A DNA stretch of 64,000 nucleotides from Candidatus Poribacteria bacterium. Its GTDB lineage: Bacteria > Poribacteria > WGA-4E > PCPOR2b. Below the pieces are notes generated by a model that made no database searches, was not told the DNA's origin, and was given only the letters and a program-made list of their open reading frames with translations. The stretch lies in contig OZ244587.1 in the NCBI GenBank assembly GCA_965218095.1, forward strand, positions 4,832,001 to 4,896,000. The letters run 5' to 3'. Of the stretch, positions 51,792-62,199 are shown piece after piece. How positions within the stretch are numbered: position 1 is the first letter of the stretch; each line of letters begins with the position of its first letter. Both the position numbers and the translations under genes were made by a program.

Positions 51792-52502
51792 ATGGCTGAA
51801 AAGCGATTGATTATTGTCACCGGCGGCACTGGCGTATTGGGAACGGCTGTCACCGAAGCCTTCCTCAAAAAAGGCTATCAGGTCGCCATCCCTTACACTT
51901 CCGAACGCAGTATCGAACCATTTGAGCAGCAGCTTGGAGATCTAAAAGCACAGGTGATGCTGATTCCTGCAAACCTGACGGTCGAAGCTGAAGTTCAAAA
52001 TTTCGTCCAAACCGTGCTGGATAAATTCGGTCAGATCGACATTTTAGTGAATACTGTCGGTGGCTTTGTCGGGGGCATCCCAGTTGCGGAAATGGATGAG
52101 GAACGATGGAATTTCATGATGGACCTGAATCTGAAATCGATTTTTCTCTGCTGCAAAGCGGTTCTGCCGCACATGATTGAACGGAAGTATGGGAAAATTG
52201 TGAACACCTCTGCCCGTGCGGGTTTAAGTGGGGCTGCTGGACTTGGCGCCTATTCCGTCTCCAAAAGCGGTGTGCGGATTCTCACAGAATCGATTGCGGA
52301 GGAAGTTAAAGATCTGAGAATTAACGTCAACTCGCTTTTGGTGAGTATCATGGATACGCCCGCAAATCGCAAGGCAATGCCCAACGAAAATCGCTCCTGC
52401 TGGGTTTCGCCCGACGACATCGCCAAAGTCATCCTGTTCCTGACCTCCGATGACGCAGCAATCATCAACGGGGCGGCGATTCCCGTTTATGGGAGGGCAT
52501 AG
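51792..52502 (+). CDS. Short-chain dehydrogenase/reductase
   Basis: TGGTGVLG, YSVSK, DTPANR, GAAIPVYG. Confidence 0.9.
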   Translation: MAEKRLIIVTGGTGVLGTAVTEAFLKKGYQVAIPYTSERSIEPFEQQLGDLKAQVMLIPANLTVEAEVQNFVQTVLDKFGQIDILVNTVGGFVGGIPVAEMDEERWNFMMDLNLKSIFLCCKAVLPHMIERKYGKIVNTSARAGLSGAAGLGAYSVSKSGVRILTESIAEEVKDLRINVNSLLVSIMDTPANRKAMPNENRSCWVSPDDIAKVILFLTSDDAAIINGAAIPVYGRA

Positions 52503-52544
52503 TACACCGTAATATAAGAAAAAGTCTCTTATTACGTATTACGT

Positions 52545-52674
52545 TTGGGAATAAGTAGTTACTGGCTTAAATCAACCGCAGAGGCGCAGAGTTTTTTAAT
52601 TCTTCTCTGCGTTCTCCGCGTTAAATAAGCGTGTTACGACTTATTGCGAAATGTCAAGCCTTAATCTACTTATT
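52545..52674. mobile_element. ~130 bp MITE-like repeat, copy 2 (inverted relative to copy 1)
   Basis: Matches 27478-27608; bracketed by 19-bp direct repeat cttattacgtattacgttt (52528 and 52669). Confidence 0.8.
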
Positions 52675-52761
52675 ACGTATTACGTTTTACGAGCCTCTTC
52701 TGACGCAGATTGTTGTACATGTCAAAACCAATGTTACAGAGTAGTTACGATAGGGGGAAAA

Positions 52762-53796
52762 ATGCAACGACAGAAGTTTCATTTATGGTTGTCCATTTTC
52801 TGTGCGTTGAGCCTGACGATTTGTGGCTGCAATAATCAGAAAAGCCAGGAAGAGAGCAGTCAGGAAAGCAAACCGAAGAAAAAGCAGATCTGGCTCTCAA
52901 TTCTCGGTGGGGCTGCTGGCGGCAGTTTTTCGCCGTTTGCGAGCGGGGTTGGTAACGTGGTCTCGAAAGCAGAGCCGACGATCAAGATCTCCGTCGAAGC
53001 ATCCGCCGGCTCGATTGAAAACGTGCGCCGTGTGGACAGCGGTGAGGGCTACATGGGGGTTGCGTTTGCATCTGATGTTTATCTCGGCTATCATGGACAA
53101 GAGGTGTTTGCCAAAGAGGGAAAGAAAGAAAATATCCGAGTGGTAACGCTGCTTTATATCGCTTACAATCAGTTTTGTACGCTGGCGAATAGCGACATTC
53201 ATCAATTTGAAGATATAGTCGGAAAGAAGATTGCGATGGGCGCGGCGGGGTCAGGCTCGGCGCAAACACTGGAACGTCTTGCAATGCTTGCTGGCATTCA
53301 CGACAGATTCACGCCGATCTACAAAGGTGGCATCGCAGGTGGCAACGCCCTGCGCGATGGGCAGGTAGACGGTTTTCAGTGGCTCGTTAGCGTTCCCAAT
53401 GCTGCCCTCATTGAGGTTTCCACGATCAAATCCATCCGCTTCATTGACTTCGACGCGCCCGCTAAGAAGTACGGATTTTATGAGAAATATCCCTTCTATT
53501 TGTCCGGCACGCTGCCTGAGAAGGCGTACAAAGGAGTCCATCCGGTGAACACGCTCCTGATGCCGACCATCCTCATTGCTCACAAGGACATCAGCGAGGA
53601 AACGGTCTACACCATCCTCAAGCATGTCTACGGTCAGGCAGGGCATGAAACCATGATGAAAACCACCAAAGCTGCGAAGGATATGACGATCGAAAATGCG
53701 ACGAAAGCGTTTGTGATTCCGCTGCATCGTGGGGCGTATCGATTCTGGGGGGAACAGGGGGTTGAAATTCCGGCAGCCGCCCAACCTATGGATTAG
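52762..53796 (+). CDS. TAXI-family TRAP solute-binding lipoprotein
   Basis: Lipobox-like ICGC; SAGSIENV, GAAGSGS, LRDGQVD, PLHRGA.RFW.E.G. Confidence 0.9.
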   Translation: MQRQKFHLWLSIFCALSLTICGCNNQKSQEESSQESKPKKKQIWLSILGGAAGGSFSPFASGVGNVVSKAEPTIKISVEASAGSIENVRRVDSGEGYMGVAFASDVYLGYHGQEVFAKEGKKENIRVVTLLYIAYNQFCTLANSDIHQFEDIVGKKIAMGAAGSGSAQTLERLAMLAGIHDRFTPIYKGGIAGGNALRDGQVDGFQWLVSVPNAALIEVSTIKSIRFIDFDAPAKKYGFYEKYPFYLSGTLPEKAYKGVHPVNTLLMPTILIAHKDISEETVYTILKHVYGQAGHETMMKTTKAAKDMTIENATKAFVIPLHRGAYRFWGEQGVEIPAAAQPMD

Positions 53797-53886
53797 AGCG
53801 GATCGAAAGAATGTCACGTCGTCGATTCACTACAAACCATTACTTTACTTTTTGAAATTTAATAAAAACTATCGGAACAGCGAAAT

Positions 53887-53943
53887 ATATGACGATCGAG
53901 AATGCAACGAAAGCGTTTGTGATTCCACTGCATCGTGGGGCGT
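53887..53943 (+). repeat. 57-bp diverged direct copy of TAXI gene segment 53681-53737
   Basis: 54 of 57 identical. Confidence 0.9.
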
Positions 53944-54038
53944 TATTGATGACAGCCCCTTCCATTTCTGCTATGATATTCCAACTTCCTTCAGAGATTT
54001 CGTCAAACATACATTTATTCACCAACGTTAGGAGAGAA

Positions 54039-55889
54039 ATGAAAATTCGGAAGATCTTTCTAAGCGCGATTTGGCTTTTCATAAGCCTAGTCTGCACAGA
54101 TATGGGTTCTGCTCAACGAATACACACATCAGGGAATGTCGAAGTTCATGTGGAAGGTTCTGGTTGGCTGGGGGCGATTCGAGAGACAAGGCTTGTGCCG
54201 AACTTTAAGTTTCCCAAATCTGGGGATACCTATTATCTCCACGGACAGTCGGAGATTTGGATCGGCGATGCGAATGGGAATGTGGCGAGCGCATGGGATT
54301 TAGACCCCGCGGCTCCGGGACCACTCAGCCCCGGAGAGTGGGTAAGCACAGCAGCGGTTGACGAGGAAATGCAACCTGATGGACAGCAAATAATCATCGC
54401 ACAGTACGATTCATCTCGTACTGATGGTTTCCCACTCAATATTCTGGTTGATCAGCAAAGCCTGTCCTGGAGCACCAGCAACCACCCCAATGCGGACGAC
54501 TTCATTGTGATTAAACTGATTGTTACGAATAATAGCGATGAACCCATTGAAGGCATCTATGTCGCGATAATGGCAAATTGGGATGTCGATGGAACAGACC
54601 TTGCTGCGGGGCAATTAAGCCGGGATTGGGTGGATTGGGACGAAGGGCGTCAAACATTATTTACCTACGATGGGGATAATACTGATGAGATAAATCCAGT
54701 CCATACAGGCTTAACCCTGCTTGATGGGAAGTTAAGCACTCACCAGATTTTCCTATTCTTCGGTTTCAATGGACGACCGACCGGCGACCTTTTCTTGGAT
54801 GCAAGCCGATCCGTGTTCATGACGAATCCGAATGTTTTTCCTATGAATAAGCAGGATTTAGAGGCACTTGGTGCGCCGCCTTGGGACTATGCCTCCATCA
54901 TTTCCGCAGGTCCCTATGACATTGCAGCAAAGAATTCTATTATCGTGATTTTTGCTCTCGTCGCCGGCGAGGACCTGGCAGACTTACAGCAGAATATTGA
55001 TGAAGCACGACGAATCAGTTTTGCGCCGCAGAGCCTGACTATTGAAGCGGTGGGTGGCGCCGTCAGCTTAAAATGGGAGGAGGCAATCAATCCAAGTGTG
55101 GATGGCTATACCGTCTTGAGGCGTGCAAAGGGCGAAAGTGAGTTTAGGCAGATTGGGCAAATTATCAAGGGAACCACGTTTGACGATACGGAGATTGAGA
55201 CTGGCGTGGAGTACACCTACAAAATCCGCCCTGTTAATCTCAGCGAGCAGCCGCTTGCATTTGATTCTCTAGAAGTCCGTATAACCCCGGATATTATACC
55301 GGATGCGCCGATAGGCTTAAGGACAACACTCAGCGGAGACGGGATTGTCCTCAACTGGACAAAATCCACGCAACAGGTCAATGGATATGTTATTTATCGC
55401 AACCAGACGGGGCGTGAACCGTATACTCAGATTGCATCGGTTTCACCGGAAACCACTACTTTTGTTGACCTCAATGTTTATGCGGGGTTGCATTACTTCT
55501 ACACAATCACTGCGACGAATCGAGCTAGCACTCAGAGCGAATTCTCTAAAGCGGCGGATGCCCTCATTCCTGAAGAAACTGTAGCAACGCCCGAATCAGA
55601 CCTTGATAACGTAATCGTCGTACCGAATCCTTACCGCCTGAGCGAAAACGCGAATCCAATTGAATTCCGCAATGTGACCCGCCGTGCAACCATTCGCATC
55701 TACAGCAGCGCAGGAGATCTCATCAAGACAATCGATCACCGCAACGAAACCTCGATTGAACGTTGGAATGGACAGAATGAGGGCGGTGAACGAATCGCCG
55801 CTGGTATTTACGTTTATCACATTGAATCGCTGAGAAAGGGCGCAAAGGGAAGAATCTCGGTGAGCGGAAAGTTTGCGGTGATTCGTTGA
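54039..55889 (+). CDS. Secreted protein with two fibronectin type III domains and FlgD-like C-terminal domain
   Basis: AGGAG RBS, signal peptide; LKW..GYTVLR..FDD..YTYKI repeated twice; VVPNPY...IRIYSSAGDLIKT...WNG.N..G..IAAGIY. Confidence 0.8.
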   Translation: MKIRKIFLSAIWLFISLVCTDMGSAQRIHTSGNVEVHVEGSGWLGAIRETRLVPNFKFPKSGDTYYLHGQSEIWIGDANGNVASAWDLDPAAPGPLSPGEWVSTAAVDEEMQPDGQQIIIAQYDSSRTDGFPLNILVDQQSLSWSTSNHPNADDFIVIKLIVTNNSDEPIEGIYVAIMANWDVDGTDLAAGQLSRDWVDWDEGRQTLFTYDGDNTDEINPVHTGLTLLDGKLSTHQIFLFFGFNGRPTGDLFLDASRSVFMTNPNVFPMNKQDLEALGAPPWDYASIISAGPYDIAAKNSIIVIFALVAGEDLADLQQNIDEARRISFAPQSLTIEAVGGAVSLKWEEAINPSVDGYTVLRRAKGESEFRQIGQIIKGTTFDDTEIETGVEYTYKIRPVNLSEQPLAFDSLEVRITPDIIPDAPIGLRTTLSGDGIVLNWTKSTQQVNGYVIYRNQTGREPYTQIASVSPETTTFVDLNVYAGLHYFYTITATNRASTQSEFSKAADALIPEETVATPESDLDNVIVVPNPYRLSENANPIEFRNVTRRATIRIYSSAGDLIKTIDHRNETSIERWNGQNEGGERIAAGIYVYHIESLRKGAKGRISVSGKFAVIR

Positions 55890-55920
55890 ACCCCTTCGCC
55901 AATTGAATCCTGTTTATTGT

Positions 55921-56487
55921 TCAAAAAGGTCTGCCCATGCGATTGAGCGCCGGTGGCACTTCGTTCTTGACCGGCTTAATCGTTTTCAAGTAAGCCCATA
56001 TCGCCTTAAGGTCCTCGTCGCTCATGTTTGCATAGGCGTTCTTGATCGGCATGGGTGGGAGGATCTTTCGATTGTTCTTATCGCCTTGATGATGCCCGGT
56101 TCGCATGGCGCCGATGAACATTTTTTCCGTCCATTCACCGAGCCCCGTTTCTTTATCGGGCGTCAGGTTCGCGGCAAAGGTTGTTCCAAAAGGGAAAGAA
56201 AACGCCGCGAGGGACGGGGCGCCTAACATGAAAATCCCCTGCTGCATCATGCTAAAATCGTATTTGGGGTAAGGTGCTTTTTCAGGGTGTCCGGCGAGGT
56301 ACATGCCCATATCCATCTCGGCGCCTTTGCGCGGTGTATGGCACTGACCGCACGCGCCAACCGAATCAACGAGATATTTCCCGCGCTTGACCGGATCGCT
56401 CTGGCTCTGTGCGAGATTCAAACTGAATAAGATGAGTATGGCTGTCGAAAGGATTGCCATTCCAAAAATCCAGTGTTTTTTTCTCAT
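55921..56487 (-). CDS. Periplasmic c-type cytochrome
   Basis: Signal peptide; RGKYLV..CGQCHTP, NLTPD.ETGLG.W, PPMP, DLKAIWAYLKT. Confidence 0.9.
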   Translation of the reverse strand: MRKKHWIFGMAILSTAILILFSLNLAQSQSDPVKRGKYLVDSVGACGQCHTPRKGAEMDMGMYLAGHPEKAPYPKYDFSMMQQGIFMLGAPSLAAFSFPFGTTFAANLTPDKETGLGEWTEKMFIGAMRTGHHQGDKNNRKILPPMPIKNAYANMSDEDLKAIWAYLKTIKPVKNEVPPALNRMGRPF

Positions 56488-56626
56488 TGTACCAATTCTC
56501 CTTCCGATTTTGATGGGTTGAAATTGTGTGTGTTATACCACTGCGCATCCGCATTTGCAACTTGAAGAACCTTAGCGTGATGCGTAAAACGTGAAACGTC
56601 AATCTGCTCCCCGCTCACTTTCTCTG

Positions 56627-57790
<1,164 letters not shown>

Positions 57791-57884
57791 TTACAGGTTG
57801 AGATTTTACTTTTGGGAAGAATTAGCCATGTTGAAAAGCGCATAATGTTATCATAACGCATTGCTCAATTGCAACGAATTCTGA

Positions 57885-57913
57885 TTGACGGCGTTATGTG
57901 AATTCGCTATAAT
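57885..57913 (+). promoter_or_regulatory. Orphan consensus sigma70 promoter
   Basis: TTGACG-17-TATAAT on + strand between two minus-strand genes. Confidence 0.6.
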
Positions 57914-58102
57914 AACCCAGAACCTTTGAACTGGTTGAGAATCGCAGGGGATTTGGGCAGACGACAGGAGGGATTTGGGGGCGGCTTCATTGCGATTCAG
58001 TGAGCGCACATCAATAACATACTCTCACTGAACCGCATTTGGATTCGGGTAGAATTTTGGTGAGATCATGCGTTTCAAAAATTACGCTGCTTCCTCATCA
58101 AG

Positions 58103-59152
58103 CTACTCCTCACTGGAACCAGTTTCTTCTTCCGGGAGCGAGGCAGTAGCAGATGCACGATCAATTTCGAGATTGGCGCGAATCTTGGCTTCAATCTCAG
58201 CAGCAATTTCGGCGTGTTGAGTCAGGTAGTCTTTGGCGTTATTTCTACCCTGCCCAAGTCGTTCATCGTTATAAGAAAACCATGCGCCGCTTTTTTGAAC
58301 AATTCCTTCCTCCGCAGCCACATCCAGGAGCTCCCCGACTTTGGAGATCCCTTCACCGAAGATGACATCGAATTCAGCTTGACGAAATGGAGGGGCGACC
58401 TTGTTTTTGGCGACCTTCACCCGGACGCGACTCCCGATCATTTCATCGCCATCTTTTAGAGTCTCGCCTCGACGGATTTCCAGCCGGACAGAGGCGTGAA
58501 ACTTGAGTGCAAGCCCACCGGGCGTTGTTTCTGGATTCCCAAACATGACACCGATCTTCTGGCGAATCTGGTTGGTGAAAATCACACAGGTTTTCGACTT
58601 GTTGGTGACCCCAGAGAGCTTGCGCAACGCTTTAGACATTAAACGCGGTAACAGTCCAACATGGGCGTCTTCCATACTTCCCTCAATCTCAGCCTGGGGT
58701 GTCAGCGCCGCGACGGAATCAACCACAACAACATCGATTGCCCCGCTACGAACTAAAGTCTCAACAATGTCTAGTGCCTGTTCACCGGTATCGGGTTGGG
58801 AGATGAGCAGACTCTCCATGTTGACGCCAATGCGTTTGGCATACATTGGATCCAGCGCATGCTCAACATCAACAAACGTAGCGACCCCGCCCTGTTTCTG
58901 CGCTTCCGCAATGACATGAAGGGCAAGCGAGGTTTTGCCACTGGCTTCATGACCATAGATCTCCATGATACGTCCGCGGGGGACTCCGCCAACACCGAGC
59001 GCGATGTCGAGTGTTAGAGAGCCCGTTGGAATGACTGCCACGGGAACAACATCATTGCTATCCAGACGCATTATTGCGCCTTTCCCGTGTTGTCGTTCAA
59101 TTTGGGAGATTGCGAGATCTATCGCTTTCTGCTTGTCCGTATTCAGTTCCAT
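58103..59152 (-). CDS. recA: Recombinase RecA
   Basis: [38 protein letters not shown]. Confidence 0.98.
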   Translation of the reverse strand: MELNTDKQKAIDLAISQIERQHGKGAIMRLDSNDVVPVAVIPTGSLTLDIALGVGGVPRGRIMEIYGHEASGKTSLALHVIAEAQKQGGVATFVDVEHALDPMYAKRIGVNMESLLISQPDTGEQALDIVETLVRSGAIDVVVVDSVAALTPQAEIEGSMEDAHVGLLPRLMSKALRKLSGVTNKSKTCVIFTNQIRQKIGVMFGNPETTPGGLALKFHASVRLEIRRGETLKDGDEMIGSRVRVKVAKNKVAPPFRQAEFDVIFGEGISKVGELLDVAAEEGIVQKSGAWFSYNDERLGQGRNNAKDYLTQHAEIAAEIEAKIRANLEIDRASATASLPEEETGSSEE

Positions 59153-59212
59153 TATTTCAGTACTCCTTATTTCTATGGTTTCTCAGAGTTCTTTCTTAGA
59201 AGCATTAAGTTA

Positions 59213-59241
59213 ATTATATCATAACAAATGTTAGAAATCAA
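59213..59241 (-). promoter_or_regulatory. recA promoter with palindromic operator in the spacer
   Basis: TTGATT-17-TATAAT with TG extension; TAAC-N4-GTTA at 59222-59233. Confidence 0.65.
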
Positions 59242-59267
59242 CAAAAACCTGTCAAAGGAGGTTGATC

Positions 59268-60317
59268 ATGCCAGTTTTCACAGCGGAGGAGTTGACGCAA
59301 ACGTGTCTAAAGGTTTTTCATGCCATGGGCGTATCAGATGCAGAGGCTGAGGTGGTGACGAGCACGATAGTTGATGCCAATCTGGTGGGACACGATTCGC
59401 ATGGCATCATTCGTCTGCCGCAATATGTTCAAGAAATCGAGGAATCCCTGATCCAGCCGGGAGCGGCAATTGAGGTCAGACGAGAGTCCCCTTCGATGGC
59501 GGCGCTGGATGGAAACTGGGGATTCGGGCCCGTTATCGGGACACACGCGGTGAAATTAGCCATTGAGAAGGCGAGGCAGACCGATATCAGTTCAGTCACC
59601 GTCTTTCGGTCCAATGAACTGGGCAGATTGGGGGGATATGCGCGAATCGCGGCGGAACAGAACATGATCGGTATCTTGACGGTCAATGACCACGGCAGCG
59701 GTCAATATGTCGCGCCATTCGGGGGAATCGAGGGGCGGCTCTCGACCAATCCAATTGCCTGTGCGATTCCGGTGGAAGGTGGTGAGCCGATCGTCCTGGA
59801 TATGTCCACCAGCGTTGTCGCGGCGGGAAAAATCCGGGTCAAAAGGAGTCGGAAGGAGGCAGCCCCAGAAGGCTGGATTATCGATGCAGAGGGGAACCCA
59901 ACGACAAACGTTGATGGTTTTTATGGGCCTCCCGCCGGCGCGCTGCTTCCTTTCGGGGGAATCGCCGCTCAGAAGGGGTTCGGACTCAGCCTCGTCGTCG
60001 ATATTCTCTCAGGGGCGTTGAGCGGGGCGGGTTGCACTCGTCAAGGCGAATCGAGGGTGGGTAACGGTTTGTTCATCACGGCGATCAACATCGCTAGCTT
60101 TGTGGATTTACCGGATTTCAACGCGGAGGTTAACCGCTTCATCGGGTACATCAAGTCTGCAAAGAAGTCACCCGGCGTCGAGGCGATTCTCATGCCAGGT
60201 GAGCGGGGTTTCCGGGAACAAGACAGACGGCGGAAGGAAGGCATTTTTGTCGAAGATAGCACATGGGAGCAAATTCAAGTGATTGCGGGGAAATATGGGG
60301 TGATTGTACCATCTTAG
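59268..60317 (+). CDS. Ldh_2-family (malate/L-lactate/ureidoglycolate) oxidoreductase
   Basis: GHDSHGIIRL, DGNWGFG, TNPI, LDMSTS, LLPFGG..KGFGL, PGE. Confidence 0.9.
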   Translation: MPVFTAEELTQTCLKVFHAMGVSDAEAEVVTSTIVDANLVGHDSHGIIRLPQYVQEIEESLIQPGAAIEVRRESPSMAALDGNWGFGPVIGTHAVKLAIEKARQTDISSVTVFRSNELGRLGGYARIAAEQNMIGILTVNDHGSGQYVAPFGGIEGRLSTNPIACAIPVEGGEPIVLDMSTSVVAAGKIRVKRSRKEAAPEGWIIDAEGNPTTNVDGFYGPPAGALLPFGGIAAQKGFGLSLVVDILSGALSGAGCTRQGESRVGNGLFITAINIASFVDLPDFNAEVNRFIGYIKSAKKSPGVEAILMPGERGFREQDRRRKEGIFVEDSTWEQIQVIAGKYGVIVPS

Positions 60318-60429
60318 CCCGACAAAATAGTTTAGAACCGCGGATTTCATAGGATTACGCGGATTAGGTTTCTGGTTAATCCGTGCTTGCGTAATGCGTA
60401 ATAAGAGAGTTATTCTTACGTTTGACGTT

Positions 60430-61617
60430 TTACACAACCCCCTCCTGCTTCAGTCGATCAACCTCATCAGTACGCATCCCCAACAAGCCGGTCAAAACCT
60501 CCACCGTATGCTCGCCGAGGTTTGGCGCAGGAACATCAACCTGACCGGGCGTCTCTGACAGCTTGATCGGCATCCCCGGAATCTCCACGCACCCTGTCGT
60601 GTCATGTTCGACCTCCACAATCATCTCTCGGGCCAGAACCTGGGGGTCACTTGCCACTTTATCGACGGTGTTGACGGGGCCACAGGGCACCCCGATTGCC
60701 TCCAATTCCTCAATCCACCCTTCGGTTGTGCGTCGGTGCATGATCTCCGCAAGGATCAGGAAAAGTTCATCGTGATTGTCAGTACGCAAAGCGTTCGTGC
60801 GAAACCTGTCATCGTCAATCAACTCAGGACGGTTGATGTGTTCGCAGAACTTCCGCCACAGTTCATTGTTCCCGATCGCGATGACCACATAGCCATCTGC
60901 GGACTCGAAGACCTCAAACGGCGTTATCGCCGGGTGACGCCTGCCCAACGGTCGGGGAATTTCGCCGGTGGAGAAGTATCGAACCATTGCATTTTCCAAA
61001 ATCGCCACCTGACAATCCAGCATCCCAACGTCAATAAGCTGCCCCTCGCCCGTCCGATCGCGGTGCCGAAGCGCCGAGAGAACCCCGATTGCTGTAAACA
61101 ACGCAGCGGTTATATCGCCGATCGACGTCCCCACGCGCACGGGCGGGCGGTCCGGTTCACCGGTGATGCTGAGGATGCCCCCCATCCCCTGGATGATCAT
61201 GTCATACGCTCCCCGCGTTGCATAGGGCCCCGTCTGACCGAATCCTGAGCAGGCAGCATAGAGAAGTGATGGGTGATGTGCCTTGAGCGACTCGTAATCC
61301 AGGCCGAGTTTCTTCATCGCGCCCGGTCGAAAGTTCTCGACGACAACATCCGATCGCTTGACCAATTCCATAAAGATCTCTTTGCCCTGTGGCTCTTTTA
61401 GATTCAAGGTGAGGCTCTTTTTGCCCCGATTGATACTCATAAAGTAGAGGCTGAAGTCGTTCTTGAAGGGGCCAAAGCCTCTCGCCTCATCTCCGACGCC
61501 CGGCTGCTCAATCTTGATGACCTCTGCACCGAGATCGCCCAAAATCATTGTTGCGTAGGGTCCTGCCAAAATGCGGGTGAGATCTAAAACGCGTATACCT
61601 TTTAATGCACCTGCCAT
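60430..61617 (-). CDS. CaiB/BaiF class III CoA-transferase
   Basis: LDLTRILAGP, LGAEVIKIE, NRGKKS, ENFRPG, GFGQTGP, YD. Confidence 0.93.
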   Translation of the reverse strand: MAGALKGIRVLDLTRILAGPYATMILGDLGAEVIKIEQPGVGDEARGFGPFKNDFSLYFMSINRGKKSLTLNLKEPQGKEIFMELVKRSDVVVENFRPGAMKKLGLDYESLKAHHPSLLYAACSGFGQTGPYATRGAYDMIIQGMGGILSITGEPDRPPVRVGTSIGDITAALFTAIGVLSALRHRDRTGEGQLIDVGMLDCQVAILENAMVRYFSTGEIPRPLGRRHPAITPFEVFESADGYVVIAIGNNELWRKFCEHINRPELIDDDRFRTNALRTDNHDELFLILAEIMHRRTTEGWIEELEAIGVPCGPVNTVDKVASDPQVLAREMIVEVEHDTTGCVEIPGMPIKLSETPGQVDVPAPNLGEHTVEVLTGLLGMRTDEVDRLKQEGVV

Positions 61618-61919
61618 CTGTTTTCCTTTCTCTAAGCCTGAGCAATTGATAAGTTTCGTCAGCATCCCACCGACCAATCATGGTTCATTCCCGTCAAATT
61701 ATCCGAACCAAGGGGATGCAAAATGCGGGAAAACCTCGCCGTTTATCATAAAATACTTCGTCAATTTTGTCAATAGCTTCCAAACCAACGTAGAAATTTC
61801 AAGTCTGCCATCATTGATTGCAAATTTCTCTCACCAACATAAAGATATTGACGGATGCGCTCTGATTTGCTACAATTTGCGGTAAAGGGCCTCAATCATC
61901 GATCAGAAGGGGGGAACCA

Positions 61920-62120
61920 ATGGAAGCAGTCAGAATCGGTTTTATCGGCTGTGGAGGCAATGCCAATGGACACATGCGTCAGTTGTCCAATCTGGAAGAC
62001 GTCTGCATCGCCGCAACATGCGATGTTCAGGAGGCCCCCGCTCAGAACACTGCCAAGCGTTACAACGCCCAACTTTACATCAATCACAAGGTCATGCTCG
62101 AACGCGATGGCCTTGATTAG
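61920..62120 (+). pseudogene. Gfo/Idh/MocA N-terminal remnant
   Basis: VRIGFIGCGG...CD...MLERDGLD then stop. Confidence 0.7.
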
Positions 62121-62199
62121 GGATCCCTTGGGCTTCAATCTTCATGGGGCGTTTGTTCAACGCGATGCACGCAGACATACAGTGTTTAAGGAGTTGACC

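Noticed and set aside
52651-52761. N-terminal extensions given by the ORF track (52651, 53889, 61855, 21607)
   Set aside because: They translate repeats, duplicated segments or remnants; better RBS-supported starts or homology boundaries lie downstream
53681-53943. Diversity-generating retroelement TR/VR pair
   Set aside because: Mismatches are silent, adenines occur in both copies rather than one template, and no reverse transcriptase is in the window
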